Source: Longimicrobiales bacterium | GTDB lineage: Bacteria > Gemmatimonadota > Gemmatimonadetes > Longimicrobiales > Gaopeijiaceae | Direction of reading: 5' to 3' | NCBI GenBank assembly: GCA_965219445.1 | Contig: CBDCNQ010000002.1 | Span: 96,001-160,000 of the forward strand | DNA length: 64,000 bases | In this document: one piece after another, positions 57,441-64,000 of the stretch | Numbering within the stretch: position 1 is the first letter of the stretch | How the letters are laid out: each line of letters begins with the position of its first letter | The notes under the pieces: generated by a model | Seen by the model: the letters and a program-made list of their open reading frames with translations, nothing else | What the model was told of the DNA's origin: nothing | The model's database searches: none | Position numbers and translations under genes: made by a program

Positions 57441-58775
57441 CTAGGCCAACGGAGTCTCGAACCAGCCCCAAAACACCACCATGATCACAGTCGCGACGAC
57501 CAGGGTCACGAGCATCACCGGCGTGCCCTTTTTGAACCACAGGCCCGGTGTGATCGCCAAGCTCGGATCGTTTTCCTCGCGCGCCAAGCGCTCGGAGATC
57601 GTGACGATGAACACGTTGGCCGTCGAACCGATGTGTGTGCCATTCCCGCCGAGTCCTACGCCCATCGCGAGCCCCCACCATATCGGCGTCACGTTGATCC
57701 CCTGTGTCTCCATACCTAGGATGATCGGGATCATCGCCGCGGTGAACGGAATGTTGTCGATCGCCGCCGACAGGAAGGCGGCGACCCACATCAACACAAT
57801 CGTCGCCACCAGGAGATCATTTTGGGCGAAAGGCAAGATGAACTGACCCACGTAGACGAGGAACTCACTGTGCTCCACGCCGCCGACCACCATGAAGAGG
57901 CCGATGAAGAAGATCAGTAGCGGGACCTCGAGATGCTCCACCGCGTGATCCATCAGCAGGTCCCGGGACGCGAACACCAACGCGGTCATGCCGAGCGCTG
58001 CAACGAACCATGGCTCCCATCCCAAGCGCCCATGAAGAATGAAGAGGACGACCATGGCGCAGAGAACGATTACAGAGGCTTTCCAGAGCCTCGGGTCCTT
58101 GATCTCCCCCTCTTCATGGAAGGTGTCGGCCGGCTCTACGGCGAGCTCTTTCCGGAAGAGGAACTTGAGAAACAGGAGGGCCACGAGCCAAACCGCGGCA
58201 ACCGGTGGCCCCATGCGGATCGCGAAGTCGTTGAATGAAATGTCCGCGGCCGAGCCGATCATGAGGTTCGGAGGATCGCCCACGAGCGTGCCGATGCCAC
58301 CCGTATCGGAAAGCAGTGCGGCCCCCAGGAGGTAAGGAATCGGATTGATCTTCTGCGCCTTCGCGATCAGGATGATCAGCGGCCCGAAGATGACGACGGT
58401 CGTCACATTGTCGAGCAACAGCGAAAGTACAGTGACACAGGTGCCGAGAAGCACCAGCATCAGGTAGAGCCGACCTTTGCTGAACGCAGCCAGTTTGAAC
58501 GCCAGCCAAGCGAAACCCCCGGTCGGGATCATGATGGAGACGATCGTCATCATCGCCGCGAGCAGGAAGATCACGTTCCAGTCCACCGCCTCGACCGCTT
58601 CCACCGGGTCGTAGAAGCCGTAGATCTGGCCCACAATCACCATCACGATCGAGCCCGCTGCCGCGACCTTCGATCGCTCCATTCCATGCAGTTGCTCAGT
58701 GAAGATGCCGATGAACGTCACCGCCAGAACGATCCCCGAGGCGATCATCGCTTCCGTCAGTACTAGCTGCTCCAT
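57441..58775 (-). CDS. ArsB/NhaD/SLC13-family ion transporter
   Basis: LDNVTT, TLVGDPPN, IDNIP, GGNGTHIGSTAN. Confidence 0.9.
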   Translation of the reverse strand: MEQLVLTEAMIASGIVLAVTFIGIFTEQLHGMERSKVAAAGSIVMVIVGQIYGFYDPVEAVEAVDWNVIFLLAAMMTIVSIMIPTGGFAWLAFKLAAFSKGRLYLMLVLLGTCVTVLSLLLDNVTTVVIFGPLIILIAKAQKINPIPYLLGAALLSDTGGIGTLVGDPPNLMIGSAADISFNDFAIRMGPPVAAVWLVALLFLKFLFRKELAVEPADTFHEEGEIKDPRLWKASVIVLCAMVVLFILHGRLGWEPWFVAALGMTALVFASRDLLMDHAVEHLEVPLLIFFIGLFMVVGGVEHSEFLVYVGQFILPFAQNDLLVATIVLMWVAAFLSAAIDNIPFTAAMIPIILGMETQGINVTPIWWGLAMGVGLGGNGTHIGSTANVFIVTISERLAREENDPSLAITPGLWFKKGTPVMLVTLVVATVIMVVFWGWFETPLA

Positions 58776-58877
58776 TCCTGTGGTCTCCGGAGGTTGAGTC
58801 GATAGGCGCGTAAAGGCTCAGGTGGCGACGCGGTTCATGATCTGCACGCTGATCGCCACCCGAGGAATTAGGACCCG

Positions 58878-59258
58878 CTAAACTTGAATCGGCGTCTCGA
58901 AGCCTTCCGGCTTGAGGGTCAAGACAGAGCAGTCTACGCTGTTCAGAATCGCTTCGGCGGTATTTCCGATAAGAAGTCCGGGAACTCCGGCCCGTCCGAC
59001 CGTGCCGATGACCACCCGGTCCACTTCGAGCCTCTCCGCGAGGTCGGGAATGACCTCTTTGGCCTCACCCTTTATCAGGTGAACGGTTCTCTTGTCGTGC
59101 GGGTGGGGACCCAGAAGGCGATCCAACTCGGATTGGTGGGCGGCCCCGATACTGAGGTTCGCGCTATTGGCGCTGGCGAGCCCAGCTGCACGCGCTAACA
59201 CTGACTTCTCGCCCTCACTGCCGTCCGCCACAAAAAGGATACTCTTGAACCGTCGCAC
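58878..59258 (-). CDS. Universal stress protein, probably an internally deleted UspE-type tandem protein
   Basis: MRRFKSILFV N-terminus and GTVGRAGVPGLLIGNTAE..SVLTLKP C-terminus within only 126 aa. Confidence 0.7.
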   Translation of the reverse strand: MRRFKSILFVADGSEGEKSVLARAAGLASANSANLSIGAAHQSELDRLLGPHPHDKRTVHLIKGEAKEVIPDLAERLEVDRVVIGTVGRAGVPGLLIGNTAEAILNSVDCSVLTLKPEGFETPIQV

Positions 59259-59454
59259 TTGGCTATCCGCCTTTACATCTAGAATGTGGACCCAGAAAGA
59301 TGTTACGCCTCATCCACGAGCTCAGGTATATATCGGGGCGAACGCGCGTGCGTCAAGCTGGTGGGGAGTTGTCCGACAGGGAGCGTGATCCTGTGGGTAG
59401 CGGTACTTTTGGCTGCGTATCTCGTTTTCTACTTCTGGACCGTGGACCTGAGGG

Positions 59455-60381
59455 GTGATGACCGTTCTAAGGTTGGGAACCCGGGGCTCGCTCCTCGCTC
59501 TGACCCAGAGCAAGTGGGTTGCGGCCGCGCTCGAGACGAACGGCGGGCCCAAGGTCGAGGTCGAGGTCATCCGGACGGTGGGCGACCAACGCCTCGACAA
59601 GCCTTTGCACGAGATCAGTGGTAAGGGCCTCTTTACCCGGGAGCTCGACGAGGCGCTTCTGAGTCAACGGGTCCAGCTGGCCGTCCACTCGCTGAAGGAC
59701 CTCCCCACGGTGCTGCATGAGGGCCTTTGCATCGCCGCCACGCCGGGTCGGATCGATCCTCGGGATGTTCTCGTGGGGCCAGAGGCAGACCAGACGACTC
59801 TGGCTTCGCTGAAAAAGGACGCCGTTGTGGGTACCAGTTCACTTCGACGGATTGCTTTGCTGCAAGCCTTCCGGCGGGATGTGACGCCCCGGACCATCCG
59901 TGGCAACGTCGATACGCGACTGCGCAAGCTCGATGAGGGACAATTCGACGCGATCATCCTGGCGGCGGCCGGGCTCACCCGCCTTGGGCTCGCACGGCGG
60001 GCGACTGAGTGGCTGGAGCAGACGGCGTGGCTGCCGGCGCCCGGGCAGGGCGCCCTCGCCATCGTGACCCGGACCGACGACGCCGAGGCCAGACGGATGG
60101 TCGGGACCCTGCACGATCCGGAGTGCTTCGCGGCGGTATCGGCCGAACGCACGTTCCTCGGGGCCCTGGGTGGAGGGTGCCAGGTGCCGATCGGAGCGCT
60201 GGGTGTTCCATACGACGAGAAGCTGCGCTTGTGGGGACTCGTGGCCAGTTCCGACGGGAGGCGTGTGGTCCGGGGCGACCTTACAGGAAGCATGGCCGAT
60301 CCCGAAGCGCTCGGCCATGCACTTGCGGACCTGCTTCGCGATCGTGGAGCCGAAGCGATCCTGGCGGAGTTGACCGAATGA
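59455..60381 (+). CDS. hemC: Porphobilinogen deaminase
   Basis: [41 protein letters not shown]. Confidence 0.96.
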   Translation: MMTVLRLGTRGSLLALTQSKWVAAALETNGGPKVEVEVIRTVGDQRLDKPLHEISGKGLFTRELDEALLSQRVQLAVHSLKDLPTVLHEGLCIAATPGRIDPRDVLVGPEADQTTLASLKKDAVVGTSSLRRIALLQAFRRDVTPRTIRGNVDTRLRKLDEGQFDAIILAAAGLTRLGLARRATEWLEQTAWLPAPGQGALAIVTRTDDAEARRMVGTLHDPECFAAVSAERTFLGALGGGCQVPIGALGVPYDEKLRLWGLVASSDGRRVVRGDLTGSMADPEALGHALADLLRDRGAEAILAELTE

Positions 60382-60839
60382 GGGTCTTGTCGAGAGAGGC
60401 ACTCCTGGCCCATTTCGGGCGACCTCGTGACGTGACCTTGGTGTTCACCAACGGCTGCTTCGACCTTCTTCACCCCGGCCACGTCGAGTACCTGGCGCAG
60501 GCAAGGGCGCTCGGGGATCTGCTCGTGGTCGGCTTGAACTCGGATGACTCGGTGCGACGGCTGAAGGGCGCCGGGCGGCCATTGGTGGCGGGGGTGGATC
60601 GCGCTGCTGTGCTTGCCGGCTTGACGAGCGTGGACGCCGTCACCTTGTTCGATGAAGACACGCCGCTGGAACTGATCAGTGCGTTGCTCCCCGATGTGCT
60701 CGTCAAGGGAGGCAATCACGATCCGGACGGCATCGTCGGCCGGGAAGTGGTCGAAGAGGCCGAGGGCGACGTCCGCGTGCTCCCCTTCGTGGAGGGTTAC
60801 TCGACTACCGACATCCTGAATCGCCTGAAGGAGATGTAA
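60378..60839 (+). CDS. rfaE2: Heptose-1-phosphate adenylyltransferase (HldC/RfaE2)
   Basis: [25 protein letters not shown]. Confidence 0.93.
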   Translation: MRVLSREALLAHFGRPRDVTLVFTNGCFDLLHPGHVEYLAQARALGDLLVVGLNSDDSVRRLKGAGRPLVAGVDRAAVLAGLTSVDAVTLFDEDTPLELISALLPDVLVKGGNHDPDGIVGREVVEEAEGDVRVLPFVEGYSTTDILNRLKEM

Positions 60840-60855
60840 TGAGGGGGACCGGACC

Positions 60856-61572
60856 ATGAGCCGAGCTGACGGACGTTTGGCAGGGCAGCTCAGAGCCCTC
60901 ACCCTCGCCCTGGACTCGGCCCCCTACGTCGAGGGTTCCTGCCTCATCAGTGCCGGGCAGACGCGTGTTTTGTGCGCCGCATCTGTGCAACAGGGCGTTC
61001 CCGAATGGCGGGAGATGAGTGGTGCCGGCTGGGTGACGGCAGAATATGGAATGCTGCCCCGTGCCACCCACACTCGCGCGGGCCGAGAGCGGGGTCGGAT
61101 CGGCGGGCGTACGCAGGAGATCCAAAGGCTGATCGGTCGATCGCTTCGGTCGGTAGTCGATCTGGAGGCGCTGGGCCCCCGGACCGTCATTGTCGACTGC
61201 GACGTTCTCCAGGCGGACGGAGGCACGCGGACGGCTTCCGTCACGGGCGCCTCTGCTGCCTTGTGGAGTGCGTTCGACGGCCTGGTGAAGGAGGGCATGA
61301 TCGAGCGGAACCCGATGCGGGAGATGGTGGCCGCGGTGAGCGTCGGAATTGTGGACGGCGAGCCCGTTCTCGACCTCGACTATCCGGAGGACTCCGCGGC
61401 ACAGGTCGACATGAACGTAGTGGCGACCGAGGCTGGGTACTTCATCGAAGTGCAGGGCACGGCCGAGGGGCATCCCTTCAAGCGGGACGAACTGGACGAG
61501 CTTCTCGAGCTCGCCACCGAGGGTATCGGCACCTTGGTCAGAGCTCAGAAGGCTGCACTCGGGATGTCTTGA
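60856..61572 (+). CDS. rph: Ribonuclease PH
   Basis: [41 protein letters not shown]. Confidence 0.97.
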   Translation: MSRADGRLAGQLRALTLALDSAPYVEGSCLISAGQTRVLCAASVQQGVPEWREMSGAGWVTAEYGMLPRATHTRAGRERGRIGGRTQEIQRLIGRSLRSVVDLEALGPRTVIVDCDVLQADGGTRTASVTGASAALWSAFDGLVKEGMIERNPMREMVAAVSVGIVDGEPVLDLDYPEDSAAQVDMNVVATEAGYFIEVQGTAEGHPFKRDELDELLELATEGIGTLVRAQKAALGMS

Positions 61573-62186
61573 TGGATCTCGTGGTGGCGACGAGGAGGAT
61601 GCACAAAATTCAGGAGATCCGAAAAATCCTCGCGGCGGTCCCAAACCTTCGGGTGCTGGACCTGAATGAGGCCGGCGTGCCGTACGACGCCGCCGAGGAG
61701 GATCTGGAGCCCTACGATACGTTCGAGGAAAACGCCGCCTCCAAGGCCTCCTACTTTCAGAAGATCACCGGGTTGCCCACGGTAGCTGACGATTCCGGAA
61801 TCGAGATAGACCTACTCGACGGTGCTCCCGGGGTCCGGTCCAAGCGATTCGCTCCGGACCGGGGCCTCTCGGGCGTCGCTCTGGATCAGGCCAACAACGA
61901 GTATCTTCTCACGTCGCTGGGAGACGTCCCCCTCGCCGAGCGGACCGGGCGTTATGTCTGCGTAGCGGTGCTGAACCGGGGGGATCCGGACGACGTGACT
62001 GTCGTGCGAGGGGAGGCTTCCGGCCGGATCTTGAATGCTCCCCAGGGTTCCGGGGGCTTTGGATACGACCCCCTTTTTTTCGATGAGCGGCTGGGGAAGA
62101 CGTTCGCCGAAATCGCTCCGGAAGAGAAGAACGCCCGGAGTCACCGCGGGAAGGCGTTCCGGACCTTGGCGGAGCGGCTGGGTTGA
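61572..62186 (+). CDS. rdgB: dITP/XTP pyrophosphatase
   Basis: TFEENA, ADDSG, GFGYDPLF, SHRG. Confidence 0.94.
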   Translation: MDLVVATRRMHKIQEIRKILAAVPNLRVLDLNEAGVPYDAAEEDLEPYDTFEENAASKASYFQKITGLPTVADDSGIEIDLLDGAPGVRSKRFAPDRGLSGVALDQANNEYLLTSLGDVPLAERTGRYVCVAVLNRGDPDDVTVVRGEASGRILNAPQGSGGFGYDPLFFDERLGKTFAEIAPEEKNARSHRGKAFRTLAERLG

Positions 62187-62536
62187 TGGCGACTCCCGCC
62201 ACGACCCCGCGTGACATCAACCCCACGGAAGATGGCACTGCGCTCCGAATCGTGTGGGAGGACGGACACGAGTCGGTCTACCTGCCGTTCGATCTCCGGA
62301 TGTCGTGTCCGTGCGCTGGCTGTGTGGATGAGGTTTCGGGCCGGCGCACGCTCACCGAGGCGATGGTGCCTCCGGGCGTGTATCCCACGGCCATCGAGTA
62401 CGTAGGGCGGTACGCGCTTAGGTTCGTGTGGAGTGATGGGCACGACACGGGGCTGTATTCCTACGACCTTTTGAGAGGGCTTTGCGCTTGTGAGGAATGC
62501 GTGAGCACATCCGGACCGTCGCAGTCCTTAGATTGA
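62186..62536 (+). CDS. DUF971 / GBBH-like N-terminal domain protein
   Basis: WEDGHES, LRMSCPCAGC, VGRYAL, WSDGHDTGLY. Confidence 0.87.
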   Translation: MATPATTPRDINPTEDGTALRIVWEDGHESVYLPFDLRMSCPCAGCVDEVSGRRTLTEAMVPPGVYPTAIEYVGRYALRFVWSDGHDTGLYSYDLLRGLCACEECVSTSGPSQSLD

Positions 62537-62596
62537 GGAGAGCGAAGGGAGGTTGAGCCGACCACACCAAGGGTCTTGGAGCCCAAGGGGGGAAAA

Positions 62597-63583
62597 GTGA
62601 TCGTCGTTACCGGCGGTGCCGGCTTCATCGGATCGAATCTTATCGCGGAGCTCGAGGGCCGGGGCGAGACGGACATCGTCATCTGCGATCGGCTGCGACA
62701 AGCGGACAAATGGCGAAACATCAGTAAGCGTGAGCTAGCTGCGCTCGTGTTCCCCGAGCAGCTTCCCGAGTTCCTGGAACGGAACGCGTCCAGGATCGTG
62801 GCGATCTTCCACATGGGCGCGATCTCTTCGTCCCAGGAGACCGACGCCGACCTCATCGTTGCGACGAATGTGCATCTGTCGGAGAACCTCTGGCGGTGGT
62901 GTGCCGAGAAGGAAGTGCCGTTCGTCTACGCCTCGTCCGCTGCCACCTACGGCGACGGCTCGACCGGCTTCGACGACGACGGCTCAATCGCGGGCCTTTC
63001 ACGCCTCCGCCCCATGAATCCCTATGGGTGGAGTAAACACCTCTTCGACCGCAGGGTGGCGCGGTGGGTGACCGATGGAGTTACGGTTCCCCCGCAATGG
63101 GTGGGCCTCAAGTTCTTCAACGTCTACGGCCCCAACGAATACCATAAGGGCGCCATGCAGAGCTTGGTGTCGAAATCGTTTCCGGCGGCGGCGGCGGGCG
63201 ACCCCGTCAAGCTCTTTCGCTCACACGACCCCAATTATGCTGACGGCCGCCAGAGCCGGGATTTCGTGTATGTTCAGGACTGTGTCTCGGTGATGCTCTG
63301 GCTTCTCGACCACCCGGAGGTCTCCGGGCTCTTCAATCTCGGCACGGGCAAGGCGCGCGCGTTCTCGGATCTGATCGGGAGCATGTTCGCCGCGCTGAAC
63401 ATGGAGCCCAAAATCGACTGGATCGACACGCCGGCCGAGATCCGGGATAACTACCAGTACTTCACGCAGGCCGAGATGGGTCGCCTGAGGGAAGCCGGTT
63501 ATCACACGGAGTTCATGTCCCTCGAGGACGGCGTCGGAGCGTACGTGAGACTTTTCTTGGACACGGACGACCCCTACAGGTAA
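62597..63583 (+). CDS. rfaD: ADP-L-glycero-D-manno-heptose 6-epimerase
   Basis: TGGAGFIGS, YASSAATYG, YGWSK, FFNVYGPNEYHKG, YQYFTQA. Confidence 0.95.
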   Translation: MIVVTGGAGFIGSNLIAELEGRGETDIVICDRLRQADKWRNISKRELAALVFPEQLPEFLERNASRIVAIFHMGAISSSQETDADLIVATNVHLSENLWRWCAEKEVPFVYASSAATYGDGSTGFDDDGSIAGLSRLRPMNPYGWSKHLFDRRVARWVTDGVTVPPQWVGLKFFNVYGPNEYHKGAMQSLVSKSFPAAAAGDPVKLFRSHDPNYADGRQSRDFVYVQDCVSVMLWLLDHPEVSGLFNLGTGKARAFSDLIGSMFAALNMEPKIDWIDTPAEIRDNYQYFTQAEMGRLREAGYHTEFMSLEDGVGAYVRLFLDTDDPYR

Positions 63584-63633
63584 CCCTACGGGCAACCCAA
63601 CGCCTTCCGTTACGGTAACCCAACGCATTCCGT
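63575..63633. repeat. Imperfect tandem repeat of about 23 bp
   Basis: tacaggtaaccc / tacgggcaacccaacgccttccgt / tacggtaacccaacgcattccgt. Confidence 0.6.
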
Positions 63634-63640
63634 TCGGCTC

Positions 63641-64000
63641 TCAGGGCTTCGTCGCGGGACGTACGCCCAACTCTCGGGCCTGACCCATCAAACGAGCGTC
63701 CTGAGGAAAACGGGACAGTCCTTCTTGGACCGCCTCGAGGGCAAGGTTCGGCTGATCGAGTTGGATGTGACTCTGCGTCAAATAGACGTCACGGGCCGCA
63801 TCAGACGGGGGTAGGCCGGAGACGAGGGCCAAGGCCTCCTCCGATCTTTCGGCCATGAGAAGTCCGCGCACGAACGCGAGTTGAAGACGTAGTTCGTTGG
63901 GATTGAGGTCTATGGCCTGCTCAAGCCATTCGAGACCGCGATCTTGCTGCCCCGCGTCGATCAGGCGCATGCCCATCCACCACTGAGCTCGGAAGGCCTC
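63641..64000 (-). CDS. C-terminus of a TPR-containing protein (partial)
   Basis: Helical repeats WLEQAIDLNP and AVQEGLSRFP; the frame appears to run off the window edge. Confidence 0.65.
   Translation of the reverse strand, partial: EAFRAQWWMGMRLIDAGQQDRGLEWLEQAIDLNPNELRLQLAFVRGLLMAERSEEALALVSGLPPSDAARDVYLTQSHIQLDQPNLALEAVQEGLSRFPQDARLMGQARELGVRPATKP

Noticed and set aside
1..64000. Selenoprotein genes (in-frame UGA) and CRISPR arrays
   Set aside because: Redox motifs seen (TlpA CAPC, DUF971 CPCAGC) use Cys, no TGA-ended gene I checked continues with conserved sequence, and no repeat-spacer array was found. The check was by eye and not exhaustive.

Overview
GC-rich bacterial chromosomal window, probably Gemmatimonadota-like (inferred from gene order and protein character, not confirmed). 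It is mostly core genes: a mannose-family PTS tail with ptsH-ptsI-metK, recO-selB, dusB, ssrA, lspA, addAB, mlaEFD, an Omp85 protein, ADP-heptose genes, lpxH/lptE and hemC-rph-rdgB. Two RNA-gene hotspots carry the accessory content. (1) After tmRNA come a class IIC group II intron inserted behind the terminator (atypical GUGGG 5' end), an inverted copy of the tmRNA 3' end, an intact glnA and a decayed glnA of another type. (2) At tRNA-Sec, an exact 72-bp direct repeat brackets a ~6.4-kb island with no integrase. It carries a FimT/PilV/PilW/PilX-like minor-pilin cassette and a coupled module of a GspG-like pilin, a membrane HAMP-GAF-HD-GYP protein and a small membrane protein. That module is the best candidate for an undescribed system, possibly pilin-coupled cyclic-dinucleotide signalling. 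All product calls come from motif recognition by eye; no database searches were run.
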